From: a virus
Reading direction: 5' to 3' (one strand)
DNA: 64,000 nt
IMG/VR virus record: IMGVR_UViG_3300045988_112440
Shown in pieces: positions 1 to 7,547 of the stretch (positions are counted from its first letter, which is position 1; each line of letters starts with the position of its first letter). Made by a program: the position numbers and the translations under genes. Under the pieces are notes generated by a model. That model did not search any database, was not told the origin of the DNA, and saw only the letters and a program-made list of their open reading frames with translations.

Positions 1-512
1 GCTGCTAAATTCTCTCTAAACTCATCCATTTGATCACGAGCAATACTTTCTAATGGTGTACCAACTATTTCAGCCCAGAAGGTATCATCGCCATGTAAAT
101 CTTCTGGATATTGATAAAAATTTTTGTTAGTCATTCCACATGCTCGTAATATTGCAGCTGGTGTCCAAAAGAACTCCATCCAACTACTGCCGTCACATTC
201 TTTAAGTAAGTGGTAAGCAATCTGGTTCTGCAAACGCAAAGAGAATTTCCCTTTATTTCTTGTCGGCAGAGGAGGAAGCACCTCATTGTCTGGACGAATC
301 TTTACAATAATAAAGCGCTTTCCTTCCTTTTTAAATTCAACAAAACGATTCAAATCTTCAAGGAAATGTTTTTTACTATTCCCACCCAACGGTTTTCCGT
401 TTTTATTAAGGATGTTGAGATAAGTAGATAGCTCCAAGAAGTTTGAGAACTTTTGTCCATCACTTAATTTGTTTACCATATCCTGCGTAACATTATAATT
501 ATTTTGCTCCAT
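1..512 (-). CDS. hypothetical protein, N-terminal ~170 codons (ORF runs past window start)
   Basis: Not in ORF track (no in-window stop). Reverse-strand ATG at 512-510 lies 4 nt after GGAGG (complement of 517-521). Frame is open to position 1 (MEQNNYNVTQDMVNKLSDGQKF...). Confidence 0.6.
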   Translation of the reverse strand, partial: MEQNNYNVTQDMVNKLSDGQKFSNFLELSTYLNILNKNGKPLGGNSKKHFLEDLNRFVEFKKEGKRFIIVKIRPDNEVLPPLPTRNKGKFSLRLQNQIAYHLLKECDGSSWMEFFWTPAAILRACGMTNKNFYQYPEDLHGDDTFWAEIVGTPLESIARDQMDEFRENLA

Positions 513-619
513 ATTGCCTCCAGTTCTAATTTAGTTGTACTGACGAGTCTGTATTATATATATGTATGAAGATACATAGTCGTCAGTACAAGTACAACTA
601 TCACAAAATATCTAATAAT

Positions 620-677
620 GGTTTACTCGACTTGAAGCTATGACGCGTAAGCGGCATAGATTCAATTTGAGTAAACC
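620..677. other. 58-nt nested hairpin (9+5+5+3 bp) capped by GTAA
   Basis: GGTTTACTC/GAGTAAACC, TTGAA/TTCAA, CTATG/CATAG and CGC-GTAA-GCG read directly. More hairpins follow to about 740. Confidence 0.5.
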
Positions 678-772
678 TACGAGCGTCCGCAGACGCGAGA
701 TCCCTCTCCACCGTCGTAACGGTCCCTGTCCGGGAGGACTACTATAAACATCCTCTTGCTATCTTCTTTACA

Positions 773-794
773 GTATCCTGTATTGTATAGCTAT
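773..794 (+). promoter_or_regulatory. ACAGGATAC-core motif, forward-type copy (GTATCCTGTATTGTATAGCTAT)
   Basis: Inverted partner at 831-852, centres 58 bp apart. Read on the minus strand it points toward the minus-strand gene. Confidence 0.6.
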
Positions 795-830
795 CTACAC
801 TCATTATACCATGAGATTGCCAAAAGTTCA

Positions 831-852
831 ATAGCTACATAATACAGGATGC
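831..852 (+). promoter_or_regulatory. ACAGGATAC-core motif, reverse-type copy (ATAGCTACATAATACAGGATGC variant)
   Basis: Reverse complement matches 773-794 at about 19 of 22 positions. Confidence 0.55.
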
Positions 853-1608
853 GAGTATTTCTAGTGCCTATTATAATAAGGTATATTTTGGAGAGTATTG
901 TTCTCTATAAATGACATTTAGATACTTTGTGTGTTCTGTGTAAGCTGCCAGAGGCTACAATTATGCTTATTAAATGTGTCTGGAGTCTCTAAGGGTGCTG
1001 CTCAGATGCCAGATCAGTCTATTTATGGCGATAGGGGAGTATGGATGAGCATAAATAGGTACTTTATACTCCGAAGAATGGTCATTTTCGGTACATTTTG
1101 GGTACACATCGGGAAAACCTGCATGAATCCTAGCTTTTTCGGATTTTATTGAGCTAAAAAGGAACAAAATAAGTGGTAAAAAGATACAAATAAAAAGAAA
1201 AACTAGCCAAAATATAACGAAAATACGTTAAATTCTAGCTAGTTACCGAATGAGCTACCGATTGAAAAATAGCGATTTTAAGCCATTTTTATGTATTTTG
1301 AGTGGAAAAATGAGTGATTTGTGAGTATGTGCAGGAGAGGGTATAGGGGTGTATTTTAGGATGATTTTGTCAGGGAAATGTACCCGGGTAGGAACAGGTT
1401 AAATAGTTAGATTGAGTTGATAGGATAGATAGAGGTTGTTGTGATTGAAAGAGAATGGTATTTTTGTGGAAATTGTTGTGCAGAATGTATAGAGAGCAAG
1501 AGAAGATGAAATTCATAATTGGTAATTATGAACAAGAAAGATGTACTGGGATCTCAGCCTGCTGCCTGGAATGTCTCAAAAATGAAAAGTATCCCCCATG
1601 GGGAAAAG

Positions 1609-1640
1609 CCGCTTTTGTGCAAAAAGCGGTATTTGCTTTA
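1609..1640 (+). terminator. hairpin plus T-rich tail (terminator-like)
   Basis: CCGCTTTT-gtgca-AAAAGCGG followed by TATTTGCTTTA. A second hairpin AAAGTGCC/GGCACTTT sits at 1648-1669. Confidence 0.4.
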
Positions 1641-1765
1641 ATTGAATAAAGTGCCTGTTTTGGCACTTTCCAGGCCGGGAATTATTCCTACTTTTCCGGT
1701 ATGTTTATAGCATTGATTTTTGCCAGGAATTGAATTTGCAAATTAGTTGCATTTTCGTCGTGTTC

Positions 1766-1826
1766 GATATCAAAATGATATCAAATGTTGCGTGTGCAAC
1801 ATTTTGTAAAGTATTTTTACTTTACA
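1766..1826. repeat. three abutting perfect hairpins
   Basis: GATATCA-aaa-TGATATC (1766-1782), AAATGTTGC-gtgt-GCAACATTT (1783-1804), TGTAAAGTA-tttt-TACTTTACA (1805-1826). Confidence 0.8.
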
Positions 1827-1870
1827 TCAATTATGCTATTCTCTATATCTTGTATTCAATTCACAAAAAA

Positions 1871-1963
1871 CCACAATATCTAGTATCTATCTATATTGTT
1901 CAATATCGCACTATCCACAATATCTAGTATTCAACCATTCGTTCAAACCACAATATATAGTAT
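1871..1963 (+). repeat. three 16-bp direct repeats (iteron-like)
   Basis: CCACAATATCTAGTAT at 1871 and 1915, CCACAATATATAGTAT at 1948. Spacings are 44 and 33 bp, multiples of 11. Confidence 0.8.
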
Positions 1964-2200
1964 TGCCGGGTACTGTTGTACCTATTAGAGTTTTGCCTGC
2001 CTAGGCGCACGCACGCGCGTGAACACGTTTCCGCGTGTTTCTTAAAATTCTTTAACTATTCGATCACAGCCTTGCCAAAATATAATTTTTAACGATATAT
2101 CGCTATTTTATAAAATCCTGGAATTCTTGCGTGTTTTGTCCATGCGTTTGCAACAAAAGTATATGTTCAACCATGGTAGAACGTGGTAAAGTATAGCCAC

Positions 2201-2299
2201 CGGAAGGCCGGAAGGCTTGAAGGGACGCACGGTCGGAAGGTGCGGAAAAGTTCCCCGATAAATCGTTTAAAAGCAAGCGGTCGTTCCCCGAACGGAAGG
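2201..2299 (+). repeat. CGGAAGG x4 in a purine-rich tract
   Basis: Exact CGGAAGG at 2201, 2209, 2234 and 2293. CGGAA-type variants continue to about 2530. Confidence 0.7.
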
Positions 2300-2975
2300 A
2301 GATGCAAAAGCAAATAGTACGGAACGGCGCTCATGCAAAATACCACGCCTAACAGGCGGGAGAGAGGATAGAACGGTTTTAGACGTGCACACAAAATAGC
2401 CCTTCAATCAATCGAACGGCTAAACAAATGGCACGGCGGGCAAGGCGGTCGGAATCCGTACTTGTTCAAATGGTTCACCTTGCAAAACAGGCCGGAACCG
2501 ATTCCAGATTGACAAAATGCGCTGGAAGGATAAAAACAATATAACCGTTTTGAAAGAATCCAAAACGCAAGTTTTGGCAACGTTTCAAACGCAAGCTATC
2601 AGTTTGTTACTTTTAGGCGGTACAATGCAATCTTGTATGATTGAGAAAACAGAATATTTTTGCAAAGATATGCAATTAGACGGCGCTGGACCTCAAAAGT
2701 TTGGCGCTTTTTGTTTGGACTTCAAAAGTTTGGACTTGTCGCAGATAATAGCAAAAATAGACAGTTTTCCGTGACAATTGAATAATAGCAAGCATGGTTG
2801 AAGGGCTGTTTTTGGCAGACAGAGGGTAAACCATGCTTTACAGTATACATATTTGCCCATCGTGGGCGAACCATAGGCTACAGGCAGAACCTGGAATTTT
2901 GTCTGTAGCACTTGGCTTGCTCATAATAGCAAGAAGTCCATACACACATTATAACACATAAAGGAGAAAAATACT

Positions 2976-3785
2976 ATGTCTACTACTACCATTCTGTCCG
3001 CTATCAACTTCAACGCTACCGCAGCCGCAGAGAAGAACCGCACCACCGGTGCAGCCGTTGCCCTTTTCAAGAAGGGCGGCAAGGAAGTCAACACCTCTGA
3101 GAAGGCCCTGGGCAGAGACTGCCTGAAGGGTATCACAGCAGAGCAGTACGAGACCTATTGCAAGGCCGTCCGTGCTGTCTATCTGGATGCTGATTTGCTG
3201 GCACGCTATGCCGCAGACGCGGACTCTGTTCAGAAGATTAAGACCTTCTACTTCAACGATCTGGCAAACCTTACCACCGCTATCATGGGCGATACCTTCA
3301 AAGTCAATGATGTCTTTGCAACCTTCACTGTTGAGCAGTTCATTGAGCAGAGCGTGGGCAAGGTGCGTGCATTCACCGCTACCACAGCAGGCCACGGCTA
3401 CGACACGGAAGCAGAATCTCAGACTAAGTTTGTCAAGTGGGTCGAAGCATGGTTTAGCGCCAACGCAAGCGGTGTTGCTATGCTCTCTATGGCAGAGCGT
3501 GACCGCCGTGCAAGTGTCCGCAAGCTGTCCTCTAAGGTTGTGCGCCTTACTAAGAGTGTCGAGAATGCAGAAGAAGTACTGTCCAGTGCTAAGAAGGAGC
3601 TGGACTCTCTCAAGAACAAGAAGGACACCAACGCAAAAACTCTGGAAAAGAAGATGAAGGCTGTTCAGGGCATGGAAAAGGATCTGGCAGACGTTAAGAA
3701 GAGCCTGGAATCTGCTCAGACTAAACTGGCAGACCTTCAGAGCAAGGACTTCACCAACGACTTCAGCGCAGAAGAAACCCTGTAA
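2976..3785 (+). CDS. abundant-looking protein with coiled-coil K/E-rich C-terminus, function unknown
   Basis: ORF track. SD AAAGGAG about 8 nt upstream. Strong CTG/AAG/AAC/ACC/TTC codon bias, unlike its neighbours. Confidence 0.85.
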   Translation: MSTTTILSAINFNATAAAEKNRTTGAAVALFKKGGKEVNTSEKALGRDCLKGITAEQYETYCKAVRAVYLDADLLARYAADADSVQKIKTFYFNDLANLTTAIMGDTFKVNDVFATFTVEQFIEQSVGKVRAFTATTAGHGYDTEAESQTKFVKWVEAWFSANASGVAMLSMAERDRRASVRKLSSKVVRLTKSVENAEEVLSSAKKELDSLKNKKDTNAKTLEKKMKAVQGMEKDLADVKKSLESAQTKLADLQSKDFTNDFSAEETL

Positions 3786-3830
3786 TTAAACCACGCAACC
3801 ATCGTGAACACGCAAGAGCTCTACATAAAT

Positions 3831-3875
3831 GCTAGGCGATTAGTGGTACTAGGGAAGACGTAACCACTACCAACA
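3831..3875 (+). repeat. conserved hairpin element, copy 1
   Basis: GCTAGGCGATTAGTGGTACTAGGGAAGACGTAACCACTACCAACA. About 37 of 45 positions identical to 9097-9140, with a compensatory stem change. Confidence 0.6.
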
Positions 3876-3916
3876 CGGCAGTAATGCCGTCACTATCAAT
3901 CGAAAGAAGGGATACT

Positions 3917-4495
3917 ATGCAAAAGTTTCTGTGTAAGAACCATGCAGACCGTCAGATTAAGTTTGACGGTCATTCTGTGCCGTCTGGTGCATACTATGGT
4001 CAAACCGCAGAGGGATTGCGTTTTATCGCAATCGTCAGAGTGAATCAGATCGGTATGGTTTGGCGTTCTGGTAAAGGTTTGGTTCCGTGGGAGAAGTCTT
4101 ATAATCAGACTGTCGTTGACTTCATTAGAAGTGAACCTATCGGCGTAAATCCTGAGACTGTGCATTTTGATATGGCAGTGAAATCAGAACGCAAGAAGGC
4201 TGGACGTTATGCAGCACGTTTTGCTGGCACTGGGTCTGCTAGTGCAAATCGCAAGAGCAAGAAGGCAGCGAAACACACTAAGGCTTTCCGTACTCGCAAT
4301 GACTCCTTTACAGAAGAGTACAATAATGCCTCTAGCCTGATTTATGGGAAGACTGTCGAGATGAACGGACGACCTCAAAAGGTCTATGGTAAGATTGCAG
4401 AGTACATGGACGGCAGCGGGGTTGGAAAAATCCGTGGTGATATGCGTCCTCTTGAGCCTGTTTTTCCTGTACCTTCTGGCAGAAAGGCAAGGTGA
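3917..4495 (+). CDS. hypothetical basic protein
   Basis: ORF track 3884-4495, trimmed to ATG 3917 (SD GAAGGGA upstream). ATG 3884 has no SD. Confidence 0.6.
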   Translation: MQKFLCKNHADRQIKFDGHSVPSGAYYGQTAEGLRFIAIVRVNQIGMVWRSGKGLVPWEKSYNQTVVDFIRSEPIGVNPETVHFDMAVKSERKKAGRYAARFAGTGSASANRKSKKAAKHTKAFRTRNDSFTEEYNNASSLIYGKTVEMNGRPQKVYGKIAEYMDGSGVGKIRGDMRPLEPVFPVPSGRKAR

Positions 4496-4498
4496 ATC

Positions 4499-4801
4499 AT
4501 GTCAGCAACTGTTTTGAGTGGTCAGAACTTGCGCAAGAGTGAAAAATTTGCTATAATTGCATCAAAAGGTGGTGCGACTATGGCAAGTAAGTACGACAAC
4601 ATGAGCAAAGAAGAGCTTGTTGCCGCTATGAAAGCGCGAAATAAATCTTATAAGTGGCAAAAGGCTTGTGTTCTTACTCCGGCAGAGGGTGAAAAGTTGG
4701 AAACTGAAATTCTTCCTCTTTATGGATGTATAAACGTGTCTCAGCTTGTTAAAAAAATTGTCAATGGTGAATTGATTGTTTCCTCGTCAGAATCCAACTA
4801 A
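4499..4801 (+). CDS. hypothetical protein
   Basis: ORF track. ATG follows AAGGTGA. Same frame as the upstream ORF across a single TGA. Confidence 0.6.
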   Translation: MSATVLSGQNLRKSEKFAIIASKGGATMASKYDNMSKEELVAAMKARNKSYKWQKACVLTPAEGEKLETEILPLYGCINVSQLVKKIVNGELIVSSSESN

Positions 4802-4823
4802 TAAACCCCATAACCCTGGCAAC

Positions 4824-4859
4824 AACGTCTTGTGAATTTATCGCAAGGCGTTTTCTTTA
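4824..4859 (+). terminator. intrinsic terminator-like hairpin
   Basis: AACGTCTTG/CAAGGCGTT (9 bp, one G-U pair) followed by TTTTCTTT. Confidence 0.55.
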
Positions 4860-4929
4860 TGCCTTGTTTTGTATAATTATGCAAATAATTTGCAGAATAT
4901 GTAAAATGAAAACAAAAAAGGAGAACACA

Positions 4930-5106
4930 ATGAAAGAATACGCAATCTTTGTTGCCTGTGAAGAGGATAAGGACCCCAATTTTGGTGGCCGTTACGTCCT
5001 CTACACGGAAGAGGAAGTGAATACCCTGGGTGGTCTGGACGCTGTTCTTGCCAAATTGAAGGCAGAAGGCGAGATCATCACCGGTATTCAGACTGGTGAA
5101 CAGTGA
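4930..5106 (+). CDS. hypothetical protein
   Basis: ORF track 4864-5106, trimmed to ATG 4930 after SD AAAGGAGAA. Confidence 0.7.
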   Translation: MKEYAIFVACEEDKDPNFGGRYVLYTEEEVNTLGGLDAVLAKLKAEGEIITGIQTGEQ

Positions 5107-5149
5107 AATCAAACACGTCAGAAAATCACATAAAAGAGGACTTTTAACA

Positions 5150-5407
5150 ATGAAAAACGATATCAATTTCGTTTCTATGATTCATCTGGCAGATACAGAT
5201 GGAAATCGGTTTGTAGCAATCTATAAGCCGATGTCAGAAGAAGAGCGTCAAGCGTTGCTTGAACGTTATTGGCAAGAGAATCGTTGGGGCACACGATTTG
5301 GAGCCCCTGATATTCTCGATGTGTTTCCGCTTGATGACTCATGTTTTCCGAATCAGTGGTTTGAAAACATGAGTGAATGCGAAAGAAACTCAAAATGCAG
5401 CTACTGA
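5150..5407 (+). CDS. hypothetical protein
   Basis: ORF track 5096-5407, trimmed to ATG 5150 after SD AAGAGGA. Confidence 0.7.
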   Translation: MKNDINFVSMIHLADTDGNRFVAIYKPMSEEERQALLERYWQENRWGTRFGAPDILDVFPLDDSCFPNQWFENMSECERNSKCSY

Positions 5408-5538
5408 ATGAAAAATGCCGTGAAGTTAGTGGGCACGGGGAAGAAAGATCCCACTACCAGCCCAATAGGGTACGCAATAGCGTTGTAAAAAATGAATTTG
5501 CAAAGCCTGGTTTATCCTGGCAGAAAGGAAGTCTTGTT

Positions 5539-5661
5539 ATGAAATCGCTTCTCATGTTCTTTGGCTATTCTGCTTATCATGCAGAGTGCGTTGCACCTAT
5601 GATGTGGGCCTTTGTGATTTGTGCCATCGCTATTGGCGTGGCAGAGTGGAAAGGGTGGTGA
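5539..5661 (+). CDS. small hydrophobic protein (40 aa)
   Basis: Within ORF 5377-5661. ATG 5539 follows SD AAAGGAAG. Hydrophobic sequence MKSLLMFFGYSAYH... Confidence 0.5.
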   Translation: MKSLLMFFGYSAYHAECVAPMMWAFVICAIAIGVAEWKGW

Positions 5662-5665
5662 ACTA

Positions 5666-5875
5666 ATGTTTCGTAATGTAAAGAGCTTACGATTCATTGG
5701 AACGGATGACTTTCACCGTGAAGTATTTATCGATAAGTTCGGCACAGTATGGAAATACACAGAACCCGGTGAAATGCCGCAAGAACGGCATGACAAACTT
5801 TACACTTCATCCAGCAACAGCATGGATGGAGAACCAGAAGAACCGATGGCAGATGACCTCGATTACAAGATCTAA
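5666..5875 (+). CDS. hypothetical protein
   Basis: ORF track 5621-5875, trimmed to ATG 5666 after GGGTGGTGA. Confidence 0.6.
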   Translation: MFRNVKSLRFIGTDDFHREVFIDKFGTVWKYTEPGEMPQERHDKLYTSSSNSMDGEPEEPMADDLDYKI

Positions 5876-5888
5876 AAGGAGAACTGTA

Positions 5889-6185
5889 ATGAACAGAGAA
5901 GATATTGATATCCTGGAAGTGGGCAATGCTTACACGGCACTGTTTTACAAGAAGAATCACTATCAGCCATACATTGTGGCGTGGCATTTTGACCCGGATT
6001 CCTACACATGGGATCAGGGTCATTATTTTTGTGACCTGAAATCCGCAAAGAAATTCTTTGCAGAGCAGGAGCGCAATAATGCAAATTGCAAGTATTGCGA
6101 AAAGCTTGATTGCCCTCACAGGGATTGCGTCAGACGATTACCCTATGAAAATGGTGGAATCCTTGCTTGTGAGAATCTTTGGTAA
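5889..6185 (+). CDS. hypothetical protein (Cys-rich C-terminus)
   Basis: Frame of ORF 5697-6185. ATG 5889 follows SD AAAGGAGAA. Confidence 0.7.
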   Translation: MNREDIDILEVGNAYTALFYKKNHYQPYIVAWHFDPDSYTWDQGHYFCDLKSAKKFFAEQERNNANCKYCEKLDCPHRDCVRRLPYENGGILACENLW

Positions 6186-6200
6186 AGGAGAATGAAAAGC

Positions 6201-6383
6201 ATGAAAAAGTATGTCATGTACGAATCGCTTGGAATGTGGTATATCACCACGGCAGAAAATCACAATCGTTATATTACGGATGCAAACAAAATCATCAAGT
6301 TGAGCCGTGACTTTGAGGAAGCGAAGGCCATTGTTGATTACAATTGGCACGGCTTTGATGATGTTGAGATCATTCAGAAATAA
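6201..6383 (+). CDS. hypothetical protein
   Basis: ORF track 6192-6383. GGAG ends 1 nt before ATG 6192, so ATG 6201 fits the SD spacing better. Confidence 0.6.
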   Translation: MKKYVMYESLGMWYITTAENHNRYITDANKIIKLSRDFEEAKAIVDYNWHGFDDVEIIQK

Positions 6384-6409
6384 AAGATATGTTTTAAGGA
6401 GGGTTTGAT

Positions 6410-6667
6410 ATGACCGCAAGAGAATATTGCAAGAGCCATCCTGTAACTGCTTATGATAGCAGCTATGGCCGTTGTGGTGGTTTTCAGATTCATGGCGACG
6501 TTCAGTATGGCATTGATGATTATATCTATGCTCAGTCTGGCGTACTCATTGAAGATGAAAAGTATCACAGTTACCATCACTTGAAGATTATCTATGCACC
6601 GTCTGGCAGAGCATACGTCAAGTGTTTCGGTAAACGAATCTATCTTGATGAGTGCATGAGAGTGTAA
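6410..6667 (+). CDS. hypothetical protein
   Basis: ORF track. SD TAAGGAGGG upstream. Confidence 0.7.
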   Translation: MTAREYCKSHPVTAYDSSYGRCGGFQIHGDVQYGIDDYIYAQSGVLIEDEKYHSYHHLKIIYAPSGRAYVKCFGKRIYLDECMRV

Positions 6668-6680
6668 AGGAGAACGCAAG

Positions 6681-6821
6681 ATGAAAAAGGGTCAGTGGTT
6701 TATGAACGATGAAACAGGTGTTATCACTAATATTCATCGTGAAGCTGTCGAGTGGTATCGGCAGGGTGCAAACATTTCCATCTGGATCAACGGCGTTATT
6801 GTTTGCCGTTGGGGTCATTGA
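6681..6821 (+). CDS. hypothetical protein (46 aa)
   Basis: Below the track cutoff. ATG 6681 follows AAAGGAGAACGCAAG, the same initiation region as the next gene. Confidence 0.5.
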   Translation: MKKGQWFMNDETGVITNIHREAVEWYRQGANISIWINGVIVCRWGH

Positions 6822-6841
6822 TAAGAAAGGAGAACGCAAGA

Positions 6842-7171
6842 ATGCGTGCTACTGTTGAGGTTTACGAGAATAATGCAGGCGGTATCTTTGTTGCCGTCTT
6901 TGGTAAAAATGGCTTGAAAAAGCTGTTTGTTGTTACTCCTGATAATAATGAAACAAGAATGACGAGGGCATTCTATCAGGAAGCATTGTACGGATTCTCT
7001 GGTGTGGATGACTATAACGCAGCAGATTTTTCTGGTCTGTCTATGGATGATGCTTATATGGATATCTGCAGTGGCAACCTGATTGCAGAATTTTACGACA
7101 ATTGTGTTGTGAATCTGTATCCGGCAGACATGGGATCTGCTGGTATGAAATTATTTGGTTTGAAAGACTGA
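6842..7171 (+). CDS. hypothetical protein
   Basis: Frame of ORF 6752-7171. ATG 6842 follows AAAGGAGAACGCAAGA. Confidence 0.7.
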   Translation: MRATVEVYENNAGGIFVAVFGKNGLKKLFVVTPDNNETRMTRAFYQEALYGFSGVDDYNAADFSGLSMDDAYMDICSGNLIAEFYDNCVVNLYPADMGSAGMKLFGLKD

Positions 7172-7187
7172 AAAGGAGATACATAAA

Positions 7188-7547
7188 ATGAAACTTACTC
7201 AGAATAAGCTGTCCGTCATCCTGGCTACTGTTGTGGCTGGTGTTTCCATTCTGGCAAACTGTATGACTGCAAACGCAGCAGAGCCTATGAAAACTCGCCT
7301 GAATAATCGTTATGTCCTGGCCGGTAGCGTGGATGAAATCGAAGTATTCCGCAACGGAATTAAGACCATCCATGTTATTGATGAGAACGGCGAGGAATGG
7401 CTGTATTCTTATGCAAGCATGGAAGAAACCCCGGCAGATGGTCAGAATGTGACCATGATTATGAACAGCAATGGAACAGAAACCATCTACGATGATACCA
7501 TCGAGGATGTTCTGTGGACACGGCCTGATGAAGTGGATGTTGATTGA
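7188..7547 (+). CDS. secreted or membrane-anchored protein
   Basis: ORF track. SD AAAAGGAGA. N-terminal signal-like segment KLSVILATVVAGVSILANCMTANA. Confidence 0.7.
   Translation: MKLTQNKLSVILATVVAGVSILANCMTANAAEPMKTRLNNRYVLAGSVDEIEVFRNGIKTIHVIDENGEEWLYSYASMEETPADGQNVTMIMNSNGTETIYDDTIEDVLWTRPDEVDVD

Noticed and set aside
773-852. The inverted ACAGGATAC-motif pairs as MITE-like mobile elements or invertible promoters (invertons) flipped by the phage recombinase.
   Set aside because: The inter-repeat segment is only 36-38 bp, which is too short for recombinase-mediated inversion. There are no target-site duplications. Five copies occur as unpaired half-sites in a fixed position relative to start codons, which fits regulation better than mobility.
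1871-1963. A CRISPR-like reading of the 16-bp direct repeats and of the repeated spacer elements in the tRNA array (34057-34600).
   Set aside because: There are only three copies each, with unequal spacers (28 and 17 bp for the iterons). The repeat lengths and architecture are wrong, and there are no cas genes.
931-2911. Track ORFs inside the gene desert: 931-1152, 970-1167(-), 1455-1649, 1730-1927, 2167-2394(-), 2517-2774 and 2693-2911(-).
   Set aside because: None has a Shine-Dalgarno sequence at a sensible distance. Their translations are low complexity or Cys/Leu-rich nonsense, and they overlap hairpins, iterons or skewed tracts. I treat the interval as non-coding.
3172-3657. Alternative-frame plus-strand ORFs nested in supported genes: 3172-3657, 7767-8267, 35026-35469, 14872-15111 and 17258-17497.
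   Set aside because: They are out-of-frame overlaps with no SD. The host-frame gene is better supported by motifs and codon bias.
6666-6841. An exact 16-nt duplication AAAGGAGAACGCAAGA at 6666-6681 and 6826-6841.
   Set aside because: Both copies are simply the translation-initiation regions of two consecutive small genes. This is probably a local duplication of an RBS context, not a separate element.
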